Source: an uncultured Oscillospiraceae bacterium
GTDB taxonomy: Bacteria > Bacillota > Clostridia > Christensenellales > Aristaeellaceae
NCBI GenBank assembly: GCA_964416065.1
Contig: CAYQCL010000001.1
Span: forward strand, 18,615 to 82,614
Length of the DNA stretch: 64,000 nucleotides
Direction of reading: 5' to 3'
Shown: in pieces, positions 36,447 through 45,069 of the stretch
Numbering within the stretch: position 1 is the stretch's first letter
How the letters are laid out: each line of letters starts with the position of its first letter
Program-made: the position numbers and the translations under genes
Notes under the pieces: generated by a model
What the model was told of the DNA's origin: nothing
The model's input: only the letters and a program-made list of their open reading frames with translations
Databases searched by the model: none

Positions 36447-37289
36447 TCAGTCCCGGGCGGCGTCCATCGCCTCCAGAAAGCTCAGGGGCACCTCCAAATC
36501 ACCATAACCATCCAGCAGATCCAATCCTTTTTTGAATGAACCGTGAAAATCGCTGCCGCCGGAACGAAGCTTGCCAAAGCACTGGGCCAACGCCTCGGTG
36601 CGGTCGCGCCAATCCTGATCGAATTCGCAATAGCGGGTTTCCAGTCCATCAGCGCCCAACTCCAGAAGCGTAGCGCAGATTTCACAGCTGCGATCGCGGC
36701 TCTGACTGTCAATCTGGTTGGTATGAGCCACGAAGGCCAGCCCGGATGCGTCATGAATCAGCTGAATGCATTCCACGGGATCGGGGCATTGTCGTTCCAC
36801 GTAGGCCACTCCGCCTTTGCGCAGATAGGTGTTCATCGCGGTACGAAGATCGGGCGCATAGCCGCGCTCCACCAAAATCTGACCGATATGCGCCTTGGTA
36901 AGCACGCAGCCCTGAAAACGTTCCAAATCCTCAGGAGCAATGTTAAAGTGGGCGTCGCGTAGTTTTTGCACCATCTGCGCGTTGCGGATGTCACGGGTAG
37001 CCGCCAGTTCGCGTACACGACTCACAAAGGAGAGGTTGGTATAATCTACAAACAGACCTACGATATGAATTTCGCACCCATCACGCTTTGTCGTCAGTTC
37101 TATGCCGGGTACAAGCCTTAGTCCGATCGAGACCGCGACTTCAGAGGCTCGGGCAAGGCCATCCACCGTATCATGATCGGTGACAGCAATAGCCGAGGCT
37201 CCCTTTTGACACGCATAGCGCACCAACTCCTCCGGCGTCAGCGCACCGTCCGATGCGGTTGTATGTGTGTGCAGATCCACTCGTTTCAT
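36447..37289 (-). CDS. PHP-domain phosphoesterase (TrpH/YciV-like)
   Basis: Reads MKRVDLHTHTTASDGALTPEELV, AIAVTDHDT and GGSDFHG. The start at 37289 follows AAAGGAAG. Confidence 0.8.
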   Translation of the reverse strand: MKRVDLHTHTTASDGALTPEELVRYACQKGASAIAVTDHDTVDGLARASEVAVSIGLRLVPGIELTTKRDGCEIHIVGLFVDYTNLSFVSRVRELAATRDIRNAQMVQKLRDAHFNIAPEDLERFQGCVLTKAHIGQILVERGYAPDLRTAMNTYLRKGGVAYVERQCPDPVECIQLIHDASGLAFVAHTNQIDSQSRDRSCEICATLLELGADGLETRYCEFDQDWRDRTEALAQCFGKLRSGGSDFHGSFKKGLDLLDGYGDLEVPLSFLEAMDAARD

Positions 37290-37309
37290 GGCTGTCTTCC
37301 TTTCCATAC

Positions 37310-38806
37310 TTATCGGACCTTCTTGCGCTCCTTGCGCCGCGCCAGAAGTGCTTTGATGTTGGGCAGGAACAGGAACACCAGCGAAAGCACCAGAATGGCT
37401 AGGGAGATGGGCCGTTCAAAGAAGATAAAGGGACTGCCCTTGGAAAGAATCAATGAGCGGCGCAGATTGGTTTCAAACAGGTTTCCCAGCACCAGGCCAA
37501 TGGTAAGCGGCGGAATGGGAAAATCAAAGCGTTTCATCAGAAAGCCAACGATACCAAACGCGATGAGCAGCGTCACCTCAAAGGTGGTGTTGCCGATGGC
37601 AAAGCCGCCCATGCAGCATACGGCGATAATGGCCGGAATCATGATTATGGTTGGAACCTTAGAGATGTTGGCAAAGCCGCTGGAGAAAAGCAACCCCTGA
37701 AACAGCATGAAGAAGTTGATAACCAACAGACCGCCCATGATGGCATATACCCAGATACTTCCATCGCTAAACAGGGCTGATCCGGGGGTGATGCCCTGCA
37801 TGGTCAGCGCACCCAGCATGATGGCCGTCAAGCTGTCGCCGGGGATGCCCAACGTGAGCATGGGAATCATGGTGGCGCCGGTCACGGCGTTGTTGCCGCA
37901 CTCGGCGGCCACGACGCCCTCAATTTCACCCGTGCCAAACCGTTCCGGATGCTTGGATGCGCGGCGTGCTTCATTGTAGCAGAACATGGCGGAGGTCGCG
38001 CCGCCGGTGCCCGGAATCGCGCCTATGATGGTACCGATTACCGAGGAGCGGAGCAAGGTTTTCCAGTATTTCAGAATATCACGCAGACGTATGCTGGCTT
38101 TGACATAAGGGGTGCGCTCCACGTTTTGACGATGCTTGCCGCCGTAGGTTTCTTTGGACATCACCAGCACCTGCGCTAAGGCGTAGGCACCCAGCATGCA
38201 GGTAGAAACCTTGAGCCCGCCCATCAGACGGTAGTTCCCAAACATCAGACGCTGCGAACCGTAGATGGTATCCAGACCAACCGTGCTCAGCATCAGGCCC
38301 AGGGCGGCGGAGAAAAGGCCCCGAAGCTTGTCCTTGGCCGTGCCTACGGCCGCGATCATGCCGAATACGCACAGGGAAAAGTATTCCGGAGAACCGATTT
38401 TGAGTACAACCTTGGCCACCGTGGGCGCCATAAACATCAGCACGATCGCGCTGAATACACCGCCTATGGTAGAGGAGATAAGCGCTACCCGCAGCGCGTC
38501 ACCCGCACGGCCCTGCTGGGCCAGCGGATAACCGTCGAATACGGTGGCCGCCGCGTTGGAGGTACCGGGGGTGTTGATGAGGATGGCGGTAATGGAGCCG
38601 CCATACATGCCGCCGCAGTAGGTACCCAGCAGCAGGTACATGCCGCTCATGGAATCCATGCCGTAAGTGAGCGTCAGCACCACAGTCACGGCAAAAGTGA
38701 GGCTTAAACCGGGCATGGCACCGATCACAATACCCAGCGCAATGCCCAGGTTCATAATCAGTACGTTATGCAGCGTAAAAACCGATGTGAAAAGCTCTCC
38801 TAACAC
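37310..38806 (-). CDS. tctA: tripartite tricarboxylate transporter large permease TctA
   Basis: 498-aa polytopic protein that is TctA-like throughout (GAMPGLS.., GTIIGAIPGTGGATSA..). GTG start after AAGGAGGTG. Confidence 0.85.
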   Translation of the reverse strand: MLGELFTSVFTLHNVLIMNLGIALGIVIGAMPGLSLTFAVTVVLTLTYGMDSMSGMYLLLGTYCGGMYGGSITAILINTPGTSNAAATVFDGYPLAQQGRAGDALRVALISSTIGGVFSAIVLMFMAPTVAKVVLKIGSPEYFSLCVFGMIAAVGTAKDKLRGLFSAALGLMLSTVGLDTIYGSQRLMFGNYRLMGGLKVSTCMLGAYALAQVLVMSKETYGGKHRQNVERTPYVKASIRLRDILKYWKTLLRSSVIGTIIGAIPGTGGATSAMFCYNEARRASKHPERFGTGEIEGVVAAECGNNAVTGATMIPMLTLGIPGDSLTAIMLGALTMQGITPGSALFSDGSIWVYAIMGGLLVINFFMLFQGLLFSSGFANISKVPTIIMIPAIIAVCCMGGFAIGNTTFEVTLLIAFGIVGFLMKRFDFPIPPLTIGLVLGNLFETNLRRSLILSKGSPFIFFERPISLAILVLSLVFLFLPNIKALLARRKERKKVR

Positions 38807-38818
38807 AGGCCCACCTCC

Positions 38819-39331
38819 TTAAGGCAACTGCACATGCAGCACAAATTTGAATATGGCCCACATGGCTGCCGCGAAGAGATACACGTACAGGTACCATTGC
38901 CATCTGCGGCAGCCCAGCAGCGACAGGATCGCCGGAATCATGACCAGGGTGGGCAGAATGAACCCGATATGATCGATGCCCAGGCCATAAAGGCAGATCA
39001 GCACGTAGACAATCCAGGGGATGAGCGCGGTGATTCGTTCATGCGCAGTTTTGGGAGCGGACCTTTCATGAATGGTACCCGCTGCCATGGCCGCCGCCCG
39101 GGCCTTTTGAAAGTGTATGGCCGCCTTAACCGTGCCCGCTATCGAACACAACAGCATGATCACACCGCAAAAATAGGGAAAGGTCTGCGGGGTAAAGACA
39201 TCCTTTTTTGCCGCCGCCGGCACCTTGATGAGCACCGGAATGATGTAAAACACCACCAGCAGCGAAAGCACGGTGCACACCACCATGACGATAACGTTCT
39301 CCCGAGCTTTTCTGTATTCTTTCATCTTCAT
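38819..39331 (-). CDS. tctB: tripartite tricarboxylate transporter small subunit TctB
   Basis: 170 aa from ATG 39331 (AGGAGATATG) with four TM helices. It sits between tctC and tctA. Confidence 0.7.
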   Translation of the reverse strand: MKMKEYRKARENVIVMVVCTVLSLLVVFYIIPVLIKVPAAAKKDVFTPQTFPYFCGVIMLLCSIAGTVKAAIHFQKARAAAMAAGTIHERSAPKTAHERITALIPWIVYVLICLYGLGIDHIGFILPTLVMIPAILSLLGCRRWQWYLYVYLFAAAMWAIFKFVLHVQLP

Positions 39332-39418
39332 ATCTCCTGTGTGTGAAGATAAGGGAAAGGCTGCCGCACATTGCTCGTCGCACGCGGCAGCTCCCATTGT
39401 TCAGCAGGGTATGTGGCT

Positions 39419-40399
39419 TTATTTGAGACCGGCGGCGGTAAGAACATCATCCCAGCTCTGGGTCGCGTCGGCAACCCATTGGGTCAGCTCTTCCTCGGTG
39501 GGAATCTCGGTCATCGCGCCCGCGCCGGAGGAGACCAGAAATGCCTGGTACTCGTCGCTGAGTACGGTTTTGTTAATCTGCTGCTTCATCCATTGCACAA
39601 CCTCGTCGGGGGTGTCCTTGCGCACGGCCACAATCTTCACGCCGGCGAGGGGCTCCAGACCGGTAATGCCGTAATCCGCCATGCAGGGAACGTCAGGCAG
39701 CAACGGGGTAGGCGTGGAGTAGCAGGTGAGCAGGGCGTTCATTTCCCCGTTCTGCACATAGGGTACGATGTAGTTGTCGTCCATCAGGCCGAAATCCACC
39801 TCTCCGTTCAATACGGCCTGCATTACGCCGTTGGAGCCGCTATATACGATGTTGGTCGCATTTTCCATCTTGTCCAGCTGGATCAGGGCGTGATACATTT
39901 CCACATGGGAGTGGCCGCCAATGGAGCTTACACCCACGTTATAGGGCTGGTCGCCGGTGATGAGGGCCCATACGTCATCCGCCGTTTTCAGGGGCGAATC
40001 GGGGCGTACCACCACAACACCCACGCTGTCATTCGCCAGCTTGGCGATGTAGCGGAAATCGTCGGCGGTATAAATCACATCCGCCGTCAGCGGCATGGTG
40101 ATCAGACCGGTGGTGGACAGGGTGATCAGCGTATGGCCGTCCGCCGGACGGGTTACGCATTCCGCCATGCCAATGGATTGCGAGCCGCCGGAGATGTTTT
40201 CCACCACGACGTTGCCGCCCAGGTTCGCGTTGCCCATAGCGCGGGTGAAGGTGTCGGTCGCGCCGCCGGCGGAGGAGGGAACAATCCAGGAGATGACCCC
40301 GCTGGGATAGCCCGCGGGCTGCGCGACTTCCTCCGCAAAGGCCATGGTCATGGAAGTAATCAGAATCAGGGATAGAATAACACTCAGGATTTTTTTCAT
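39419..40399 (-). CDS. tctC: tripartite tricarboxylate transporter substrate-binding protein TctC (Bug family)
   Basis: Starts at MKKILSVILSLILITSMTMAFA (ATG 40399, GGAGGA upstream). It has Bug-family features (YPSGVISWIVPSSAGGATD.., GLITMPL). Confidence 0.8.
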   Translation of the reverse strand: MKKILSVILSLILITSMTMAFAEEVAQPAGYPSGVISWIVPSSAGGATDTFTRAMGNANLGGNVVVENISGGSQSIGMAECVTRPADGHTLITLSTTGLITMPLTADVIYTADDFRYIAKLANDSVGVVVVRPDSPLKTADDVWALITGDQPYNVGVSSIGGHSHVEMYHALIQLDKMENATNIVYSGSNGVMQAVLNGEVDFGLMDDNYIVPYVQNGEMNALLTCYSTPTPLLPDVPCMADYGITGLEPLAGVKIVAVRKDTPDEVVQWMKQQINKTVLSDEYQAFLVSSGAGAMTEIPTEEELTQWVADATQSWDDVLTAAGLK

Positions 40400-40605
40400 G
40401 ATACTTGTCCTCCGTTCACAGTAGATTGCATTTTTGCCTCCGTCCTCCGGAGAATTTCTTGCATTTATCATACACAGAATCACATCTGATGGCAAGAAGT
40501 GAGTGATAAAATGATAAAAAGCCAAATTTGATCATTTTTATGTATAAAAAGGGGTATAAATCAAATAAAAAAGAAAACTTTCGTTCCAAAAATGATTGAA
40601 ATTGA

Positions 40606-40633
40606 TTGAATAATTTGAATTTAGGCGTATAAT
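40606..40633 (+). promoter_or_regulatory. candidate promoter TTGAAT-16-TATAAT for the DeoR pair, inside an A/T-rich region with reiterated TTGAA words
   Basis: -35 is at 40606-40611 and -10 at 40628-40633. The upstream sequence reads aatgattgaaattgattgaataatttgaat. Confidence 0.45.
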
Positions 40634-40656
40634 TAAGAATGAAGGGGGAAAGAGGC

Positions 40657-41397
40657 ATGCTCAGGGAGGAACGGATGGAACGCATTGTTCGCATGGTGCG
40701 TGAAAAGGGCCGCGTGACCACGGCGCAGCTGAGCGCCTATGTGGGATTCAGCGAATCAACCGTGCGAAGGGATTTAGCTCATCTGGAGGAAAAACGTATA
40801 ATTCTGCGCAATCGTAACGGGGTCGTGCTTTATCCGCAGCATCACACGGAAACCTCGGTGCATTTTCGCGCGGCGGTGAACGCCCAGGCCAAGGAGAAAA
40901 TTGCGGCATGCGCGGCGCATCTGGTGCCGGATGGAAGTCTTTTGTTTTTGGATTCCTCTTCCACCGTGCTGAGCATGGCCAATTTTTTAACGGCCCAAAA
41001 AAACCTGACGATCGTGACCAACAGCCTGCTTCTGGCTATGCTGATGCGCGATACCGATCAGCGGCTGGTGCTTACGGGCGGGGAGTTTTACGCGCCCTCC
41101 CACGCGTTTTATGGGGAGATGGCGGTTGAGGCGGTCCGCCGCTTCAACTTTGACTTTTGCTTTGTATCCAGCGTGTCCGTTACGCGCGACGGATATGCGG
41201 CGGAGGCACTGGCGCATAGCGTGCCGATCCGGCAGGAGGCTATCCGCCGTTCGGAAAAGGCGATCCTGCTGTGCGATCGAAGCAAGATGGGGCTTCAGCG
41301 GCCCTACAACCTCATTTCCATCGATGAGATGGATTACGTGATTACCGACGATCCGATACAGCCTGCGCACACATCGGCGCAAGTGCTTCGGGTATAA
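40657..41397 (+). CDS. DeoR/GlpR-family transcriptional regulator
   Basis: Reads MLREERMERIVRMVREKGRVTTAQLSAYVGFSESTVRRDLAHLEE plus a DeoR C-terminal sensor domain. The ATG at 40639 would lie at or before the predicted transcription start. Confidence 0.85.
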   Translation: MLREERMERIVRMVREKGRVTTAQLSAYVGFSESTVRRDLAHLEEKRIILRNRNGVVLYPQHHTETSVHFRAAVNAQAKEKIAACAAHLVPDGSLLFLDSSSTVLSMANFLTAQKNLTIVTNSLLLAMLMRDTDQRLVLTGGEFYAPSHAFYGEMAVEAVRRFNFDFCFVSSVSVTRDGYAAEALAHSVPIRQEAIRRSEKAILLCDRSKMGLQRPYNLISIDEMDYVITDDPIQPAHTSAQVLRV

Positions 41398-41410
41398 GGA
41401 GGAGGACGGC

Positions 41411-42187
41411 ATGAATCGGTTGGAACGCGAAGAGCGCTTTGGACGGATTCTGTCTCTGCTGGAAAAGCAGAAATTCTTAACGGTAGAGGAGCTGAGCCGC
41501 GAAATCTATGTGAGTCCCTCTACTGTCCGGCGCGATCTGGCGGAAATGGCACGCAGCGGTTATCTTCTGCGAAGCAGGGGCGGCGCGGCGGCCATTTCGT
41601 CCGAAAAGGAGGCGGAGGCCGTCTTTCCTGGGCAGGAGACTCAGCCAGCGGCGCATGATGCTCTTGTGAGACGGGCCGTATCCCTTGTGCGCGACGGCGA
41701 CCTGCTGTTTCTGGACAGTTCTCGTCTGACGCTGGCTATGGCTCCGCTGCTGGCGGTACGCCGCAGACTGACCATTTTGACAAACAGCCTGACCTTTCTT
41801 TCTGAGTTTCCGGCCAAGAGCAGGGGCTGTCGTCTGCTTTGCTGTGCGGGAACGGTAGACACGCGTGGATTTTCCACACGGGGCAGCGCCGCGGAGCAGG
41901 ACGCGGCTCGCTTTCATTATGATCTGGCGTTTTTTAGCTGCTCCGGCGTGGTGGATGGCGGCGCGGCCTGTCATTCGCTGTCCACGGCGGCGCTACTTTG
42001 CACGGCCATGCGACACGCGCGGCGCAGCGTTCTGATGTGCTCAGCGGAGAAGCTTGATCTGACGCCGCCGTGCATTCTGGCGGATCTGCATGATTTTGAT
42101 TGGATTGTAACGGACGCGGCCGGTGAAATTCCCGGCGCTCCTCAAGAGCGCGTGATACACGTGGAAAGCCTATCCAACGAGTTTTAA
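41411..42187 (+). CDS. second DeoR/GlpR-family transcriptional regulator
   Basis: Reads LEREERFGRILSLLEKQKFLTVEELSREIYVSPSTVRRDLAEMAR plus a DeoR C-terminal domain. It starts 13 nt after the first regulator. Confidence 0.85.
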   Translation: MNRLEREERFGRILSLLEKQKFLTVEELSREIYVSPSTVRRDLAEMARSGYLLRSRGGAAAISSEKEAEAVFPGQETQPAAHDALVRRAVSLVRDGDLLFLDSSRLTLAMAPLLAVRRRLTILTNSLTFLSEFPAKSRGCRLLCCAGTVDTRGFSTRGSAAEQDAARFHYDLAFFSCSGVVDGGAACHSLSTAALLCTAMRHARRSVLMCSAEKLDLTPPCILADLHDFDWIVTDAAGEIPGAPQERVIHVESLSNEF

Positions 42188-42311
42188 GGATCGGCATACG
42201 ATACTGTTTCGGCGAGAACTGACTATTTCAGCATTTAAATGGCTTTTGGAAAATGCGGGAATTCCAAACCTTGCGATGCGTATGGGCAGCTCATACGCGG
42301 AAAAACGAAAG

Positions 42312-42339
42312 TTGACACTGCGGCGGGGTATGTTATAAT
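42312..42339 (+). promoter_or_regulatory. strong sigma70-type promoter TTGACA-16-(TGt)TATAAT for degV
   Basis: -35 is at 42312-42317. The extended -10 TGTTATAAT is at 42331-42339, about 70 nt before ATG 42412. Confidence 0.6.
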
Positions 42340-42411
42340 GAAAAAAGACCCTCGCGGAAAAGATTCTTGCAGACGGCCAAACGCGGTTTTGGCGGAATGG
42401 GGTGAACAAAA

Positions 42412-43278
42412 ATGACAGAGGTACGCAAAACGGTAATCGTTACAGATTCCTCATGCGATTTAAGCGATGAGCAGCTTTCGAGGTATCAGATCCGTTTGAT
42501 ATCTTTACGCGTTGTATGCCAGAACGCGGAGTATCGCGATCGCGTGGATATCCAGGAAGACGAGCTTTACGAGCTGTTAACCAAGGAATTGCCCAAGACC
42601 AGCCTGCCCCTGCCGGAGGACGTAATAGGGCTGTATGAACAGCTGGCCAAGGAGGGCGTTACGGATGTGATCCATCTTTCTATTTCCTCCGGCCTTAGCG
42701 GCACCTATAACATGGTGCGCATGATCACGGCGGACTACCAGGATCGCATGCGGGTGCATGTGGTCGATTCCAAGACGCTCTCCACAGGCCTGGGCATGAT
42801 GGTTTTGGCGACGGCCAAGGCGCTGGAGGAGGGCGCGACGCCCGAGGAGGCGATCGAACGCGCCCAGCGCGTTCGCAAGACGCAGCTGGGCATGTTCGTC
42901 ATTCGCACATTGGAATTCTTACGCAAAGGTGGCCGCATCGGTCTTGTCGAGGGCGTGGTGGGCAGCCTTTTGCAGATCAAGCCGGTTATCTTTGTCAATG
43001 ATGATGGCGTATATCAGACGCTTGCCAAGGCGCGCGGGTATAAGGGCGCCGTGGAGGCGATGCTGCAGGAGGCCAAGCGCTTCTTTGGCAGCGCGAAGGT
43101 CGAGCTCTCGGTCGTCAACGGAAAGGCCTATGAGGATGCGGAGAGGCTGATGGAGCGGCTGAAGAGCGAAATGGATGTCGCCGAGGGCGCATTTATCTCC
43201 TCAGTCAGTCCCGTGCTGGCCATCCATACGGGGCCGGGCCTGCTGGGCATTGTGGCCAACAAGGCCGATCCGGCCTGA
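42412..43278 (+). CDS. DegV-family fatty-acid-binding protein (second copy)
   Basis: Reads VIVTDSSCDLSDEQL.., HLSISSGLSGTYN.. and SPVLAIHTGPGLLGIV. Confidence 0.9.
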   Translation: MTEVRKTVIVTDSSCDLSDEQLSRYQIRLISLRVVCQNAEYRDRVDIQEDELYELLTKELPKTSLPLPEDVIGLYEQLAKEGVTDVIHLSISSGLSGTYNMVRMITADYQDRMRVHVVDSKTLSTGLGMMVLATAKALEEGATPEEAIERAQRVRKTQLGMFVIRTLEFLRKGGRIGLVEGVVGSLLQIKPVIFVNDDGVYQTLAKARGYKGAVEAMLQEAKRFFGSAKVELSVVNGKAYEDAERLMERLKSEMDVAEGAFISSVSPVLAIHTGPGLLGIVANKADPA

Positions 43279-43981
43279 CCGGCGGCGGATAAAGCGGTAG
43301 ATCGGGGCAGGCGGGCTCGGAGCAGTGGATCTTGAACGGCTCAGGCCGAAGCAGATAGATTTCAAGCTCGATGCAAAGCTGCACCTTAAACGTGCATCCC
43401 TCGGGGCACGGGTCCGCGCAGACCAGCCGTACGCAGGGGACAATCAGCAGCGTGTTGCGCGCAAGCTCGTTACAGGAGCAGACGGCGCGCAGATAGGTTT
43501 CGACATTGACCGTCGCGGAAGCATGATGGAGCTGCCCACGGCAGTCACACACCTGGGCGCAGACGGGAATGCTGACACAGATGGAAAGCTGACCCTGGTT
43601 ATGAGCGGAATTCAGCGGCGACCACCATGGCTGGGCGCCGCTTTGCTGTACCTTGACAAGCGTCAGCGGCGGCTGGGCGCAAAGCTCCTCCAGCGTCAGC
43701 TCCGTGCAGAGGCAGGGAACGCTGCGGCGCTCGCAGGCGATGATCTTTTGTAAAAGCACGCCCTCAGTCCTCATAGGCTTTGGCGGCGGGCAGCTCGGTC
43801 TTGCGCAGCAGCCAGGCTTGGGAGGCGGACAAATCGGCGCCGCGCAGCAGTCCGGTTTGGGAGGCGGACAGTTCGGTCTTGCGCAACAATCAGGCTGGGA
43901 GGGAGGACAGACGGGGATAGGATGGCAATGTGCATTTTTGGCTTCGTTGCAAACATGACAGCCGCAGGGCGGATGATGCAT
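43205..43981 (-). CDS. Cys/Pro-rich repeat protein, unknown function
   Basis: 258 aa, ATG 43981 with AGGAGG 7 nt upstream and GC3-rich codons like its neighbours. By my count it has 33 Cys. The N-terminus is MHHPPCGCHVC, followed by 3.5 copies of CPPPKPDCCARPx and then a Cys-studded ~190-aa domain. The 3' 74 nt overlap the convergent degV 3' end. Confidence 0.6.
   Translation of the reverse strand: MHHPPCGCHVCNEAKNAHCHPIPVCPPSQPDCCARPNCPPPKPDCCAAPICPPPKPGCCARPSCPPPKPMRTEGVLLQKIIACERRSVPCLCTELTLEELCAQPPLTLVKVQQSGAQPWWSPLNSAHNQGQLSICVSIPVCAQVCDCRGQLHHASATVNVETYLRAVCSCNELARNTLLIVPCVRLVCADPCPEGCTFKVQLCIELEIYLLRPEPFKIHCSEPACPDLPLYPPPVRPDRPCWPQCPAGPAPYGWPARD
43775..43909 (-). repeat. coding 39-bp tandem repeat (13-aa unit CPP[SP][QK]P[DG]CCA[RA]P[NIS])
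   Basis: Residues 25-69 read CPPSQPDCCARPN CPPPKPDCCAAPI CPPPKPGCCARPS CPPPKP. Confidence 0.85.
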
Positions 43982-44000
43982 ATGGATTCCTCCTTGAGTA

Positions 44001-44038
44001 AGAAAATAGCTTGACGGATAGAGGTTTTTCCGTCAAGC
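44001..44038 (-). terminator. intrinsic terminator after the MBL gene
   Basis: The minus strand reads GCTTGACGG-N12-CCGTCAAGC followed by TATTTTCTT. The hairpin ends about 28 nt upstream of the Cys-rich gene ATG. Confidence 0.6.
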
Positions 44039-44073
44039 CATCCTATGCGTCCTAAACAGGGGGTGTGCGGAGC

Positions 44074-44946
44074 TTACTTCCAGTTGATTTGTTCGGCCGT
44101 GGCCGTTCCGTCCGAGAGGCTGATCAGAATGCCGACCTCGGCGTCTTGGGTAACCGCTATGCCCGCTTTGACCTCCCAAAGCCGCGAGAGCACCTTGCTG
44201 TCAGGCGTGGAAGGCTTTTCCACACTGCTTGTGGAAATTACCGCCCATTGAGGCCGCACGAGCAGAACAAAGGCACGGCTGGTCGCGTCGTCGTTGCCGT
44301 GGTGCGCGACCTTCAGCACGGCTACCTGCGAGATCAGGCCGGTCCTGATGAGCTCCGCCTCCTCCTCAAGCTCCATATCGCCTGTCAAAAGCATGTCGCC
44401 CTCGGGGGTGGTTAGCCTGAGCACCAGGGAGTTGTTGTTTTCGTTTTCCATGTCCTGAGATAGCGGGCCAAGTACCTGAAAAACACAGCCGTTTTCAAGA
44501 TCGACATTTTCCCCCGCGCTGAGCCAGCTCAGCGGTATGTCATATTTTTCGGCCGCCTCATACACAGGATGCGATTCAAGGGATTCTTCGCTGTGAAGCG
44601 CGCCGGCATAGAGCCTGTCGACGCTCATTCCGCCCTTGAGCAGCTTCTTCAGCCCTCCGACGTGATCCTTGTCCGTATGGGTGATCAGCACGCCATCTAG
44701 GTGAGAAATTTCATAGGTATCCAGAACGTAGGCAAGCTGGTCGTAGCTGTCCTTGGTGCCAGTATCGATCAAAAAACGCTTTTCGCCCAGGAAAAAAAGC
44801 GCCGCGTCGGCTTTGCCGACGTTGAGAAACAGCGCGCTGACCTCGCTGTGAGCCACGGCGGGGGTTTCCGGCAAAAAGAACATGACAAGCAGCGCCGCAA
44901 GGAGCAACAGAGAGAGCCATCGGATTCTTTTGAGCATGTTTTTCAC
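44074..44946 (-). CDS. secreted/anchored MBL-fold hydrolase, ComEC C-terminal-domain-like
   Basis: N-terminal anchor IRWLSLLLLAALLVMFFL. It then reads FLNVGKADAALF..IDTG and VLITHTDKDHVGGL, later VAHHGNDDA. Confidence 0.8.
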   Translation of the reverse strand: MKNMLKRIRWLSLLLLAALLVMFFLPETPAVAHSEVSALFLNVGKADAALFFLGEKRFLIDTGTKDSYDQLAYVLDTYEISHLDGVLITHTDKDHVGGLKKLLKGGMSVDRLYAGALHSEESLESHPVYEAAEKYDIPLSWLSAGENVDLENGCVFQVLGPLSQDMENENNNSLVLRLTTPEGDMLLTGDMELEEEAELIRTGLISQVAVLKVAHHGNDDATSRAFVLLVRPQWAVISTSSVEKPSTPDSKVLSRLWEVKAGIAVTQDAEVGILISLSDGTATAEQINWK

Positions 44947-45069
44947 CTCCCGCGCCTATTATATCCTAAACGGCCGACGTTTGAAAAGCGGTAAGAAAGG
45001 CCGTGACAACCTCCATGGAATGGTGTATACTCCCATTGAAGCGGCTTTATATGAAAGGAACGATTTTGT

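Noticed and set aside
42278-42298. Hairpin GCGTATG-N7-CATACGC downstream of the second DeoR gene, considered as a terminator
   Set aside because: The stem is only 7 bp and is followed by GGAAAAACG rather than a U-tract on the relevant strand. It may still be structural, but it is not a convincing intrinsic terminator.
43775-43909. Regular 39-bp repeats considered as a CRISPR-like or minisatellite array
   Set aside because: The repeats are contiguous with no spacers and in frame, encoding the 13-aa CPPPKPDCCARPx unit of a CDS. There are no cas genes in the window.
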